A stretch of 64,000 bases of DNA from Patescibacteria group bacterium (GTDB lineage: Bacteria > Patescibacteriota > Microgenomatia > Levybacterales > UBA12049): assembly GCA_041743715.1 (NCBI GenBank), contig JBGTMH010000059.1:1608-65607 (forward strand), written 5' to 3'. Below the pieces are notes generated by a model that was not told the DNA's origin, made no database searches, and saw only the letters and a program-made list of their open reading frames with translations. A program made the translations under genes and the position numbers. Of this stretch, positions 36,557 through 46,192 are shown piece by piece; the first letter of the stretch is position 1, and the number at the start of each line of letters is the position of its first letter.

Positions 36557-38722
36557 ATGAAAACATTTATGAATCACTATACAGGAGTCCTTATTCTTAT
36601 TGCAGTTTTAGTTGCGATACTGCTCGTTACCTCTCCAAAGATTACGCAGGCGAAATACTCAGATGATGTCGCAAGCAAAGAGACAATAGTTAATAAAAAT
36701 AAGAAAGGCGTCGTGCTCATTGACCGCAACGGAAAGAGTTTTTTTTCATTTTACGATGGGAAAGACAAAGTCTATACACCTCTTTCTGCTATTTCTCCTC
36801 ATGTACAGAATGCTGTGATAGTCGCTGAGGATGAAAAATTTTACCAGCACAATGGTGTTTCCTTCAATGCAATTTTTGGTGCTCTGATTGCAAATTTTAG
36901 AAAAGGTGATATTGCATTTGGTGGTTCAACGATTACTCAGCAATTGGTTAAGAACACGCTTCTTGACTCAAAAAGGAATATGTTTCGTAAATACGAAGAA
37001 TTTGTCTTGGCTCGAGAGATTGAAAAGCGTTTTAGTAAAAAGGAGATTCTTGAGATGTATCTTAATTCTGTATATTTTGGAGAAGGATCTTATGGGATTG
37101 AAGAGGCCGCATCGAGATATTTTGGCAAACGTGCAGTCGATTTAGATATAAGTGAAGCAAGTATGCTCGCTGGGATAATTGCAGCTCCATCAAATCTTTC
37201 TCCAATCACTGGTGACACCACAAAGGCAAAATCGAGGCAACAAAATGTGCTTGAGGAAATGGTCGAGGATAAATATATTACCCAAGACCAAAAACAAGCT
37301 GCACAAAAAGATCTGTCTTATACCAATGGAAGAAAACAAGAAGCTTTCCAAGCACCACATTTTGCTCTTCTGGTGAAGGAACAACTCATCAAACAATATG
37401 GAGAAGACAATCTGGCACAATCAGGTATGAAAGTACATACGACACTTGACCTGACAGCACAATCACATACTGAGCATGCAGTCGGGGAACAGGTACAAAA
37501 ACTAGCAGGTAATAATGGGACAAATGCCAGTGTCGTTGTCATGGATCCCAAAACAGGGGAGGTACTAACATTGGTAGGCAGTGCAGACTGGCATAATGAA
37601 CGATTTGGCAAAGTAAATATGGCTGTAGCACCAAGGCAGCCAGGATCTGCATTTAAACCAGTTGTCTTTCTTGCAGGATTTGAAAAGCAAATGGTAACTC
37701 CGGCAAGTATTTTGATGGATGCGCCGAGGAAATTTGAAAATAACTACAAGCCGAAGAATTATGATGAAAAATTCCGTGGTCCAGTCTCCGCACGATATGC
37801 GCTTGCAAATTCCTTAAATGTCCCGTCAGTTGAACTCATGACAAAAGTTGGTACTGAGAACACGCTTGAGATGGCAAAACGCATGGGTATTACGACATTA
37901 AAATCATCATCGGATTATGGTCCCTCACTCGTCTTAGGTACCGGTGAAGTGCCTCTGCTTGAGTTAACAAATGCATACGCAACACTTGCCAATCAAGGTG
38001 AAAAACATAATCCAAAGTTCGTCTCTTCAATTGAAGATAAATATGGAAAAGTAATTTATAAGGAGCAATCAGTTGGTGAAGAAGCTGTAGATCCAAAATA
38101 TGTTTTTCTTATTTCCTCAATTCTTTCCGATAGGAAAATTCGTAGCGATGTTTTTGGTCGAGAACTTGATATTTCGAGGCCTGCTGCTGTTAAGACCGGG
38201 ACAACGGAATATTACAAAGATGCATGGACAGTTGGCTATACCCCAAATCTTACTGTTGGTGTATGGGTAGGTAATAATAATAATGCGTCCATGGATAAGA
38301 TTGCAGGATCACTGGGTGCTGCACCAATTTGGAAAAATGTCATGGAGAAGCTATCAGCTGGAACACCAGTCGAAGAATTCTCCGCACCATCAGGAGTAAT
38401 TGCACATGCCGTTTGTGCTAACTATGGAAAAAGGTCGTATAGAGGTAACTCAGTCAATACTGAATACTTTGCAGAAGGAACGGAACCCAAAGGATGTATC
38501 CCATCTAGTGGAGCAAATTTTGGATTGGGAGAAGACCTTGATAAATTCTTAGCATCGCTACTTGATAAAGAAGACTATGAACAGGGGCAAGACAGTATAG
38601 GTAGAAGTAGCCAACAAGAAATAAATTTACGAAGACAAAGAATTGAATTCTTTTTTCCTCAACGAGATACGGAGAAAGATGGAGAACGTCGTAATGGAAG
38701 AGGTAGGGGGAGAGAGGATTAA
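36557..38722 (+). CDS. Class A penicillin-binding protein (PBP1A-type transglycosylase/transpeptidase)
   Basis: GT51 motifs are EDEKFYQHNGV, GGSTITQQLVKN and RKYEEFVLAREIE. Transpeptidase motifs are GSAFKP (SxxK), SLN (SxN) and KTGT. I prefer the start at ATG 36557 (MKTFMNHYTGVLILIAVL). Confidence 0.9.
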   Translation: MKTFMNHYTGVLILIAVLVAILLVTSPKITQAKYSDDVASKETIVNKNKKGVVLIDRNGKSFFSFYDGKDKVYTPLSAISPHVQNAVIVAEDEKFYQHNGVSFNAIFGALIANFRKGDIAFGGSTITQQLVKNTLLDSKRNMFRKYEEFVLAREIEKRFSKKEILEMYLNSVYFGEGSYGIEEAASRYFGKRAVDLDISEASMLAGIIAAPSNLSPITGDTTKAKSRQQNVLEEMVEDKYITQDQKQAAQKDLSYTNGRKQEAFQAPHFALLVKEQLIKQYGEDNLAQSGMKVHTTLDLTAQSHTEHAVGEQVQKLAGNNGTNASVVVMDPKTGEVLTLVGSADWHNERFGKVNMAVAPRQPGSAFKPVVFLAGFEKQMVTPASILMDAPRKFENNYKPKNYDEKFRGPVSARYALANSLNVPSVELMTKVGTENTLEMAKRMGITTLKSSSDYGPSLVLGTGEVPLLELTNAYATLANQGEKHNPKFVSSIEDKYGKVIYKEQSVGEEAVDPKYVFLISSILSDRKIRSDVFGRELDISRPAAVKTGTTEYYKDAWTVGYTPNLTVGVWVGNNNNASMDKIAGSLGAAPIWKNVMEKLSAGTPVEEFSAPSGVIAHAVCANYGKRSYRGNSVNTEYFAEGTEPKGCIPSSGANFGLGEDLDKFLASLLDKEDYEQGQDSIGRSSQQEINLRRQRIEFFFPQRDTEKDGERRNGRGRGRED

Positions 38723-38769
38723 TAATTTAGCAGCCCTTATTTTATTATGTGGTTTGTTATAATTCAGTA

Positions 38770-39564
38770 GTGGCTGACCTATTTGTCCTCAAGCTTATTG
38801 TATCCTTTCTTGTTGGAGGTTCGTATACACTCGTTTCAACTGTTGCAGCTGATAAGCTTGGGTCGAAGATTGGTGGGTTAATAAGTGGATTGCCATCAAC
38901 CGTACTCTTTGGATTATTATTTATTGGTTGGACACAAACTCCAGAGGCCAGTGTTGAAGCGACCACACTGATCCCAGCTGTTATCGGTCTTGCGTGTCTT
39001 TTTTTAATCACCTATATCTATTTTGTAAAACAAAACGTTTGGCTTGCTCTTTTTGCAGCATTTGGTGTATGGAGTATCTCAGCATATGGCTTACTAGCGA
39101 TTCGTCTCACTGATTTTTTCGTGTCTATTATACTATTTTTTGTCTTATATTTTGTTGCGTATGTCTTTGTAACGCGTATCTTTACCATCACATCATCGAA
39201 AGGAAACAAGATAATGTATTCTTCAAGAATACTGTTAGTGAGGGGACTTATTAGTGGGTCTATTGTAGCTCTATCGGTTATCTTGGCAAAAGTAGAGGGA
39301 CCGGTACTTGGAGGTATGGTTTCAACGTTTCCGGCAATGCTCAGTAGTACGCTTCTTATTACTTATTTTGCTCACGGTCACGCATTCTCATCAGCCGTTG
39401 CTAAAAGTACATTATTTGCTTGGGTGAGTACACTCATTTTTGTGATTGTCGCGAGATACACATATCTGCCATTTGGAATTGTATTTGGAACAATCATTGC
39501 TTTAGTAGCTTGCTATATAAGTGCCTATCTCCTCTACACATATATCATAAAAAAACACGCCTAA
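38770..39564 (+). CDS. Integral membrane protein (about 8 TM, internal duplication)
   Basis: Hydrophobic throughout. The start is set at GTG 38770 because TGTTATAAT (38758-38763) ends 6 nt upstream. Confidence 0.55.
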   Translation: MADLFVLKLIVSFLVGGSYTLVSTVAADKLGSKIGGLISGLPSTVLFGLLFIGWTQTPEASVEATTLIPAVIGLACLFLITYIYFVKQNVWLALFAAFGVWSISAYGLLAIRLTDFFVSIILFFVLYFVAYVFVTRIFTITSSKGNKIMYSSRILLVRGLISGSIVALSVILAKVEGPVLGGMVSTFPAMLSSTLLITYFAHGHAFSSAVAKSTLFAWVSTLIFVIVARYTYLPFGIVFGTIIALVACYISAYLLYTYIIKKHA

Positions 39565-39587
39565 ATTACAGTTATTGAAGGATGCGT

Positions 39588-40076
39588 TTATGAAGCAGCA
39601 GCGCTTGCATCATCGATATGTTTTATCTGGTATAAGCCGAGTACAACTAACAAGTCACGGTTTGTATTGTTAAACTTTCCGTCTGTTACTTCAATTTCGC
39701 CATTCATTTTCAGAAATCCACCTGTTCTATAACGAATAAGTTCTTTGCCGTTTTTATCAAGCCATGAATAGTGTGATTTCCACCAACTTGTACTTTTAAA
39801 GGCATACTGTTCGTTCTCATGAAATTTTATTGTTCCTCCATTACTGAAGGCACCAGAATAAAAAGTGGCCACAATTTTGTTTGATTTACTATCTTTAATC
39901 AAGACTTTTGTATGAAACAATCCTTTTTGTTCAAACTCCCATTTTTTCTCTCCAGCTTCAACTGTTGCTAGAGAACGGATAAATCCTCTACAAGTTAACC
40001 GAGCAACTAGTTTATCGTTTTTGCAAACTTCATACGTGCTCGATAGAGCTTTTGGTTGTTTAATTAAAAGTTTCAT
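39588..40076 (-). CDS. Hypothetical protein
   Basis: Clean 162-codon ORF with no motif recognised. Confidence 0.5.
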   Translation of the reverse strand: MKLLIKQPKALSSTYEVCKNDKLVARLTCRGFIRSLATVEAGEKKWEFEQKGLFHTKVLIKDSKSNKIVATFYSGAFSNGGTIKFHENEQYAFKSTSWWKSHYSWLDKNGKELIRYRTGGFLKMNGEIEVTDGKFNNTNRDLLVVLGLYQIKHIDDASAAAS

Positions 40077-40130
40077 TCCATTTCAAGTATTTCAATTAGA
40101 AGAAAGGAAAGCAAGAGTAAGATGAGGGTT

Positions 40131-40163
40131 GGCTGGGCTTGAGTAACTTTGTTGGAACGTATT
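40131..40163 (+). repeat. Intergenic repeat family, copy a
   Basis: GGCTGGGCTTGAGTAACTTTGTTGGAACGTATT. Confidence 0.6.
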
Positions 40164-40166
40164 TTG

Positions 40167-40784
40167 CTACTGTGTCAATTGAATTGAAGAAAGAACAGCG
40201 TTGATAGCTTCTTTATATTGGTCTTCGTACTTTGCGAGTGGAGAGGTTATGGTTATTGTCCAGAGGTCAGTTCCATGCTGAACGACATATGTATGCAAGT
40301 ACCCATCATAATCGCTGTAATAAGAAATAGCTGGAAGGCCGGCAACTGTTGTTATTGTAAGATCTCGGCTAATTACGCCAAGGGGATTCGCTATATCGTC
40401 GTTTACATTCTGATAGACTTCATCGAGCGCGTCTTGGCTTTGGTTGGATTTTACTTCAAATGTTATTATAACAGCATTTGTTTCCGGTCCACCTGAAGTG
40501 CCAGGTACAAGATCGGGTGAGAGTAACTGATACTCTCCTGAATCCGCTTTTTCTGTCCACCCAGAAGGCATTTGCAGTTGCACTAAGTCTTTAATAGGAG
40601 CTTGTGGAACAGTTTGAGATTCCTTTACATTTGTCGGGGATGTCTGCTGTACTTGTTGGACATTTGGTTGCGATTGTTGATTCTTTACTGTATATATGCC
40701 AAATAAAGCAAGCCCTACTATAACAACTACTCCAATAATAAAAACCGGTGTATTAGATTTTTTCGACTGTTTAGCTTCTTCCAT
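40167..40784 (-). CDS. Hypothetical membrane-anchored exported protein
   Basis: N-terminal TM helix (PVFIIGVVVIVGLALFGIY) followed by a Q-rich linker. Confidence 0.55.
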   Translation of the reverse strand: MEEAKQSKKSNTPVFIIGVVVIVGLALFGIYTVKNQQSQPNVQQVQQTSPTNVKESQTVPQAPIKDLVQLQMPSGWTEKADSGEYQLLSPDLVPGTSGGPETNAVIITFEVKSNQSQDALDEVYQNVNDDIANPLGVISRDLTITTVAGLPAISYYSDYDGYLHTYVVQHGTDLWTITITSPLAKYEDQYKEAINAVLSSIQLTQ

Positions 40785-40874
40785 AGCTCATTTAGTATTT
40801 CAAAGAATGGATAGCAAGTCAACTCTGAATCAGAATCCCTTTAGAGGTGAGTATAGTTTGATATGGTTCAGCGA

Positions 40875-40910
40875 GGCTAGGGGTTGAGTAATTATGTTGG
40901 TATGTATTAT
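40875..40910 (+). repeat. Intergenic repeat family, copy b
   Basis: GGCTAGGGGTTGAGTAATTATGTTGGTATGTATTAT. Confidence 0.6.
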
Positions 40911-40952
40911 TTTATTACATAGAGAATCCATGAGATGTTTTATTATAGATTC

Positions 40953-41534
40953 ATGAACAATCAAGAACTTTTTATTAAAGCTAATCAAGCACTTGCAGAT
41001 GTGATTCGTCAAATAAAGGACGAACAATTAGATATGAATATTCCAGAGAATATGGGATGGCGGTCCAAGCAGACGGTTCGCGCTGTTATGAATGGTCTCG
41101 CGTATGAAAATGCATGTGTACCGGATGTTCTTGCGGGTCGGGAAAAGCAGCAGAGCAATGATGAGTTTGATGGAGATTTGCTCGGAGACGATCCGCAGGA
41201 GAATTATAAAAAATTAAGTGATGCAGCAAATAAAGCTGCGAAAGATTTGGATGATCCTGAGCGCATTGTGCATATTTCGTATGGTGATTTTCCCGCGAAG
41301 GATTATCTGCATGACATTATTATTCAAAGAGGATTAAGCGCATACGATATTGCAAAGTTTATCGGTGCTGATACGAAATTGCCTGATGATCTTGTACAGG
41401 GACTTTGGGAGTTTGTTGTACCCGCTGCAGAATATCTGCGAAGTATAGGAGTATTTAAAGCAAAAGTTGAAGTGCCTGAAAACGAGTCTCTTCAAAACCG
41501 TCTGCTTGGATTAACCGGACGAAATCCCCACTAG
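40953..41534 (+). CDS. DinB/mycothiol-maleylpyruvate-isomerase-N-like protein (TIGR03086-like, actinobacterial flavour)
   Basis: The C-terminal ...LQNRLLGLTGRNP resembles the family-typical ...LLAFLGRDP ending. The N-terminal helix bundle is DinB-like. The start is set at ATG 40953, with TATTAT 6 nt upstream. Confidence 0.5.
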   Translation: MNNQELFIKANQALADVIRQIKDEQLDMNIPENMGWRSKQTVRAVMNGLAYENACVPDVLAGREKQQSNDEFDGDLLGDDPQENYKKLSDAANKAAKDLDDPERIVHISYGDFPAKDYLHDIIIQRGLSAYDIAKFIGADTKLPDDLVQGLWEFVVPAAEYLRSIGVFKAKVEVPENESLQNRLLGLTGRNPH

Positions 41535-41564
41535 GGGCCAAAATGGATTTGTTGGAACGTATTA
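41531..41564 (+). repeat. Intergenic repeat family, copy c (left half diverged)
   Basis: CTAGGGGCCAAAATGGATTTGTTGGAACGTATTA. It overlaps the TAG stop of the upstream gene. Confidence 0.5.
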
Positions 41565-41589
41565 CTTTCAAAATTCTTAGACACTAAGA

Positions 41590-42150
41590 TTATCGCTCTT
41601 TGATGTATTTTACTGCGACAATTGATCCATTCATAATGACAACATACAAAGGATATATCATGAGGATCCAATCATTACGGGGAACTGCAAGAAGGGTCAA
41701 TAATCCTGCAATTCCAGCAAGGCACCATTGGATGTATGTTTCAGTTTTGGGATGATGATAGGTTTTGAGTAAAGTAGGTATTGCTCCGATTGCATCGATA
41801 GTCACCGCTAATACTGTAGATATTCGAGTTTCCTGAACCGTAACCCAATAAATCAACAATAGTAATGCTAGCATGAGACACAATTGATCAATTTTTGACG
41901 CGCCACCTGTTCCAAAACGAAATGATAAGACAAAAACAATTGTGACGAGTAAGGCAGTGCTAATAAAGAAAAGCGAAGAATAGCCACCGTCGTTAGACAC
42001 CTGATTGAAGGCCATAATTGTCGTCAGAATCGTCCAGATTCCCCAAGTGATGCGGTGAGGTTTTACTTTTCTACGCAAGACATCTCTTATATAAGGTATG
42101 TATCCAATAAGGTTCAACAGAAGTGCTAAAAATCCTACTGTAAATTGCAT
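41590..42150 (-). CDS. Integral membrane protein (6 TM)
   Basis: Six hydrophobic helices. TGATATAAT ends 6 nt upstream of the ATG. Confidence 0.6.
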   Translation of the reverse strand: MQFTVGFLALLLNLIGYIPYIRDVLRRKVKPHRITWGIWTILTTIMAFNQVSNDGGYSSLFFISTALLVTIVFVLSFRFGTGGASKIDQLCLMLALLLLIYWVTVQETRISTVLAVTIDAIGAIPTLLKTYHHPKTETYIQWCLAGIAGLLTLLAVPRNDWILMIYPLYVVIMNGSIVAVKYIKER

Positions 42151-42180
42151 TATTCAATTATATCAAAGACCCGAGCCTGT

Positions 42181-42216
42181 TTGGCAGGGGCTAAGCAACT
42201 CTGTTGGAACCTAATT
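42181..42216 (+). repeat. Intergenic repeat family, copy d
   Basis: TTGGCAGGGGCTAAGCAACTCTGTTGGAACCTAATT. Confidence 0.65.
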
Positions 42217-42225
42217 CTATAAAAA

Positions 42226-42837
42226 CTATGCTGATTTCACAATTTTATACCCATTCTCATCGACAATGATTGCTTGTTCGTCTGTCAGTGTAATCAATTT
42301 GTATTTTTTGCCATACTCATCCATGATCTTTTTATACAAATTAGCATATTTTTCTTTGCCATAATGAGGAAGAATAACAAAGTTTACTAATCCAAGGCCA
42401 TCTGTTGATTGTAAGTGAGGTGCTTTGGAAGGATCATCTAGTAATGCAACTGGTTGGATGGATATACCTGCTATTGCTGCCCCTGCACTTCCACCGATAT
42501 AGACAATGCCTTTTTCAACAAGTTCATTTATTACCTCAGTAAATCCACTTTCTTGTGCTTTTTCAAGTAAATAAAACGTGTTCCCACCTGTGAGATAGAG
42601 TGCATCAAAGGTTTTTAATTCATCAAAGAGCTGGTCTTTCTTTTTTTGTTTAATATCATATTCAATTAATTGGAATCCCATTGCAGCTAGTTTTTGTCTA
42701 TCTTCTTCAACAAAGTATTTGTTGTCGTATGGGTCAGCAGCGGTGGTAATAAATGCGATTTTGTAATTTGATGGGTTCTTTGGAAGAACATCAGTAATTG
42801 CACCTATTCCTTTGGAAAGAAGTAACAACGTTTTCAT
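42226..42837 (-). CDS. Peptidase S51 (dipeptidase E-like)
   Basis: ALYLTGGNTFYLL and VYIGGSAGAAIAG (nucleophile Ser context). The start is set at ATG 42837, with TGTTATAAT 8 nt upstream. Confidence 0.8.
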   Translation of the reverse strand: MKTLLLLSKGIGAITDVLPKNPSNYKIAFITTAADPYDNKYFVEEDRQKLAAMGFQLIEYDIKQKKKDQLFDELKTFDALYLTGGNTFYLLEKAQESGFTEVINELVEKGIVYIGGSAGAAIAGISIQPVALLDDPSKAPHLQSTDGLGLVNFVILPHYGKEKYANLYKKIMDEYGKKYKLITLTDEQAIIVDENGYKIVKSA

Positions 42838-42898
42838 GTATTGCAATTATAACAGGTTCGAATCTGTACACGGGTGTATAAAATTTCAGGCTAAAGTC

Positions 42899-42935
42899 GT
42901 AGCAGGGGTTGAGCAACTATGTTAGAATTTGTTAT
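42899..42935 (+). repeat. Intergenic repeat family, copy e
   Basis: GTAGCAGGGGTTGAGCAACTATGTTAGAATTTGTTAT. Confidence 0.65.
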
Positions 42936-42983
42936 GTGTATTTCTTGGTAGAGTAATGTGTAAAAATTTGCTACTATGGAAAA

Positions 42984-43532
42984 ATGGAAGTTGCATTTTC
43001 AATCCTCTTAGACTCTGCTGGTTATAATCTTGTTCGGAAATATCAATTGAAAATTCGACAATTGTTTCAAGCTAAGGAAACACTTTTACTTGAGCCTCAC
43101 TCGACAATTAAATACGCATTTGAAACAAATAATTTTGAAGGGATAGAAAAATATTTTGATGACGTAGCACGAACAACAGAAGTATTTGAAATAGATATAG
43201 ATGGCATTTCTGCCTTTGAAGAAAATACTGTGGTATTTCTCAATATCGCTAAATCGGAACAATTAACCAATATGCATCTAAGAATACTTATGGACTTAAA
43301 GCAAAATTTCAATGCTTCACAAGCAGAGTTTGAAGGGCCATCATTTCATTTCCATATAACCTTGGCATATAAAGATATTACGAAGGAGACCTTCAAGAAG
43401 ATTATGGAACATTTCAAAGATGAGAATACACAGGTAAAGCTTGCAGTGAAACAGTTAGGCTTGTGGGTAAGAATAGCTCCAGAAGATAGGTGGTTTCTCT
43501 ATAAAATCTCAAGCCTTTCACAACATCAGTAA
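42984..43532 (+). CDS. 2H phosphoesterase superfamily protein (LigT / 2'-5' RNA ligase-like)
   Basis: Two H-x-T/S motifs, LEPHSTIKY and FHFHITLAY. Confidence 0.7.
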   Translation: MEVAFSILLDSAGYNLVRKYQLKIRQLFQAKETLLLEPHSTIKYAFETNNFEGIEKYFDDVARTTEVFEIDIDGISAFEENTVVFLNIAKSEQLTNMHLRILMDLKQNFNASQAEFEGPSFHFHITLAYKDITKETFKKIMEHFKDENTQVKLAVKQLGLWVRIAPEDRWFLYKISSLSQHQ

Positions 43533-43550
43533 ATACATCAATCTGTATCC

Positions 43551-43587
43551 ATAGCAGGGGCTGAGCAACTATGTTGGAACTTATTAT
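43551..43587 (+). repeat. Intergenic repeat family, copy f (closest to consensus)
   Basis: ATAGCAGGGGCTGAGCAACTATGTTGGAACTTATTAT. Confidence 0.65.
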
Positions 43588-43626
43588 AGATATAATTTTG
43601 CTTACAAAATGCTTTATAATTAACCT

Positions 43627-44499
43627 ATGCCAGGAGAAGCTGATATGCCAGAAGGAGCTGATATACGACATGTTATATCAGATGAGAAAGTAGAGCCGGA
43701 CAATGTGCCTCCTTTTGTAAGAGCACTTACTGTTGATTATCCAGATGAGGCTGAAAGACTTAAGGGAGCAATTCCAGAGTGGTGTAAACAAGTTAATGCT
43801 AATCTTGGAGTTGAAAACGTTGCAGAAAGTATTCTTGAAACTACAGATTATATTTCAAGACAAGAAGAAGGAGAGTTTGTTGAAGGGATAGCAAGGGAAG
43901 TAGCCGAGCTTTTGGATTCTGAAGAAAAGATATACTTCGTTCAGCACGGCACAGATGCAAGAAGTGGAAGGTATTTTTTTGATCAGATTAAAAACCTAAT
44001 ACCAGAAGAATTAAGAAGTAAAATTCAGTTAGAAAGCAGTTTTTTTAAAATATTTGAGGCAGGTTCAACTCCTAAGCATTTCTTTTTTGTTGATGACGCA
44101 ATAAACTCAGGGCAACAAGCTAGTGAGGCCTTGGGTCACCTAGCTTTTGTTGCTCAACAGGCAGGAGTAAGCGAATCAACGTCAGTACATGTGAGGGCAT
44201 TACGCGCAACAGACAGTGGAAGTGAAAGAATTGCAGGTTTAGATAGTGCTTTTCCTGGTGCAACGTGGGATATTAATGCCAAGCGAATGCCCACTGTTGG
44301 AAATGCTTTAACAAAAAATAATGCAGAGTCTTTAGCCAATCATCATCTTTTGTTACCAAGTCATGCTTTACCAGATACCACTGCTACACTTGGTATTTTT
44401 TATCATAGACTACAAGATAATTTGCCTGCAATGTATACATCTGCAGAAAACGGACTCTTTCAGAATACTTTAATGCAACCATATCCTCTTAATAACTAA
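43627..44499 (+). CDS. Hypothetical protein with a phosphoribosyltransferase-like nucleotide/PRPP loop
   Basis: HFFFVDDAINSGQQASEA resembles the type I PRTase motif (hydrophobic x4, D-D, x2, S/T-G). TATAAT ends 6 nt before the ATG. Confidence 0.4.
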   Translation: MPGEADMPEGADIRHVISDEKVEPDNVPPFVRALTVDYPDEAERLKGAIPEWCKQVNANLGVENVAESILETTDYISRQEEGEFVEGIAREVAELLDSEEKIYFVQHGTDARSGRYFFDQIKNLIPEELRSKIQLESSFFKIFEAGSTPKHFFFVDDAINSGQQASEALGHLAFVAQQAGVSESTSVHVRALRATDSGSERIAGLDSAFPGATWDINAKRMPTVGNALTKNNAESLANHHLLLPSHALPDTTATLGIFYHRLQDNLPAMYTSAENGLFQNTLMQPYPLNN

Positions 44500-44518
44500 T
44501 CCTTAAGAATTAAAGTTA

Positions 44519-44917
44519 CTAGTTTGAATCGTTACAGAAAGAACTGTTTAATGCAGTTTTTTGAGTCTGTGGGTTCCCACTCTTGGGGTTAAATGGCTTC
44601 CAACCTCGTGTTACAGACAGTCTTTTGTAGTGAGAGTTACATGGTGGTAAGCTAGCTTGGCACTTTTTCTTTAATGTATTTTCAAGCATTTTATGGATTC
44701 TTTTCCAGCCTGCTGTACTTTTGAAGTATTGTTCACAGTTTATTGCATCTTGTTTGTTTTGGAAGGCAGAGTAGGAAATTAGTTCGTAAGGTATATAAGG
44801 CTTGGTCGCTTTATTTGCACCATCATTGTGAGATTTCAATCTAGTTTTTAAATCTGGTGTATAGCCCAAATAAAGTTTGCCATTTTTGAGACTGCGGAGG
44901 ATGTAGAAGTAATACTG
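44519..44917 (-). pseudogene. GIY-YIG nuclease-family gene lacking a canonical start codon
   Basis: The frame reads ...NNQYYFYILRSLKNGKLYLGYTPDLKTRLKSHNDG.... There is no ATG/GTG/TTG between the upstream stop (44959-44957) and the YYFYIL motif. The ORF-track start is an internal TTG. A long non-family C-terminal tail follows. Confidence 0.5.
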
Positions 44918-44936
44918 ATTATTCCTGGAGGGTGAA

Positions 44937-45218
44937 TTAGGATTGCACCTTTTCCTTTATGATACTCTTAATCATTTCTGACACTATTAAATGTTTCTTC
45001 CGAAATGCTTTGCCGGATCCACTTTTTAGATATAACTCAAATTGTAGTGCTTGTGATTTAGTAAGGAAGGCGCAGTAGTAGACAAGTCTTAATGGACGGA
45101 ACGGTTTGGTTGAGATATTCTTTCCATCCTGATGATCTTTAACTCGTTGCTTTAAATCACTTGTAGAACCCGTGTAATAGTCTTTGTTAGAAAGTTTAAG
45201 GATATAGGTGTAATACAT
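44937..45218 (-). CDS. GIY-YIG nuclease-family protein (UPF0213-like)
   Basis: MYYTYILKLSNKDYYTGSTSDLKQRVKDHQDG...LVYYCAFLTKSQALQFELYLK. Confidence 0.8.
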   Translation of the reverse strand: MYYTYILKLSNKDYYTGSTSDLKQRVKDHQDGKNISTKPFRPLRLVYYCAFLTKSQALQFELYLKSGSGKAFRKKHLIVSEMIKSIIKEKVQS

Positions 45219-45227
45219 TGTGATGCT

Positions 45228-45254
45228 CCCTCCTTCGCGTAAAGCTACGGAGGG
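45228..45254 (+). repeat. GC-rich hairpin repeat, copy 1
   Basis: CCCTCC-TTCGCGTAAAGCTAC-GGAGGG. Confidence 0.5.
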
Positions 45255-45315
45255 CCAACTTCGTAGTCCTTTTACTCAACTTTATCTATCAATAAAGCTA
45301 GTTGTGTTGGAGCTT

Positions 45316-45343
45316 GCCCAACGAAGCCTTGGCGAAGTTGGGC
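45316..45343 (+). repeat. GC-rich hairpin repeat, copy 2 (core in opposite orientation)
   Basis: GCCCAAC-GAAGCCTTGGCGAA-GTTGGGC. The core CGAAGCCTTGGCGAAG is the reverse complement of 55162-55177. Confidence 0.5.
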
Positions 45344-45374
45344 AGGGCTTGACCGAGAAACTTCGAACTTTATG
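45341..45374 (+). repeat. Intergenic repeat family, possible copy j (diverged)
   Basis: GGCAGGGCTTGACCGAGAAACTTCGAACTTTATG. Confidence 0.35.
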
Positions 45375-45418
45375 GCACGAAGTGAACTCATACGACATCG
45401 AAAAACTGTATCGAGCCT

Positions 45419-46192
45419 TTAATCTTCTGCCTCATTTAACTCAATAGAATTTAATTTTTTAACTAATTTGTCAAACTGTGTTTTTAATTTTTCCGTTTCT
45501 TCATAAAATTCTTTATTCACACAATTAGGATGATAATTTTTATAAAAATCTTCTAAGATACCAATACAATAGTTAGCTCCATCCAGCATAATCCCTAATC
45601 TTTTGGATAATGCACCCTCTTGTTCGTAGAATGCTGTGGCAATTCGAGCATAACGCTTTTTTTGAAAAACAAAAGTCCGCTGAGCTATTCTCTTAGGGTT
45701 AAAGTGACTGGCTAAATTAGATAATGTGGCTAGATGCTTAACGAGTTTTCTATCGGATTCAATACGCTTATCAATATGTTTTTGTCTTAGCTTTTCCTCT
45801 TGGAGAAGTTTATTGATGACCTCAAATTCATTATTTTCCGCTACATTATTAATGAATCCTAGTCCTTCCATTACGTTTCTAAAAATAGAATAAGAATCTG
45901 TAGCTGCTCCCCAAAAACCGACACGAATACTCACTATGAAGCTCGATAGTATCTCTGGAAATAGAACCTCAAATACATCAAGACTTTCCTTATTGCAATC
46001 ATCAGCATCAGATGTAAATTCGTTTCGGTTGAGAGAAAGCTCAATTATATTTTGTAAATATGAATAGGCTTCATTATTGTTGTTAACATGCGCATCAAAG
46101 GCTCCGTCTTGTAATGCAAAAACTTTTCTTATTGAAACCTTACCTTGTTTCTTATGGATCATACAAGCTTTATTCTCCTTTCTGGAAGGCAT
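45419..46192 (-). CDS. Hypothetical protein (257 aa), last gene of the cyclase-side operon
   Basis: Clean ORF. Its ATG overlaps the end of the small upstream ORF. Confidence 0.55.
   Translation of the reverse strand: MPSRKENKACMIHKKQGKVSIRKVFALQDGAFDAHVNNNNEAYSYLQNIIELSLNRNEFTSDADDCNKESLDVFEVLFPEILSSFIVSIRVGFWGAATDSYSIFRNVMEGLGFINNVAENNEFEVINKLLQEEKLRQKHIDKRIESDRKLVKHLATLSNLASHFNPKRIAQRTFVFQKKRYARIATAFYEQEGALSKRLGIMLDGANYCIGILEDFYKNYHPNCVNKEFYEETEKLKTQFDKLVKKLNSIELNEAED

Noticed and set aside
40131-43587. Integron attC sites / integron cassette array
   Set aside because: The repeat is short (about 35 bp) and lacks the R''/L''...L'/R' imperfect palindrome. GTTGGAA does not satisfy GTTRRRY. 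The flanked genes are on both strands, and no intI-type tyrosine recombinase is present. It is kept as an unclassified cassette-like repeat instead.
45220-45447. 75-aa + strand ORF
   Set aside because: It is a translation of the GC-rich hairpin repeats and the diverged intergenic element (ATEGQ, RSLGEVGQG), not a gene.
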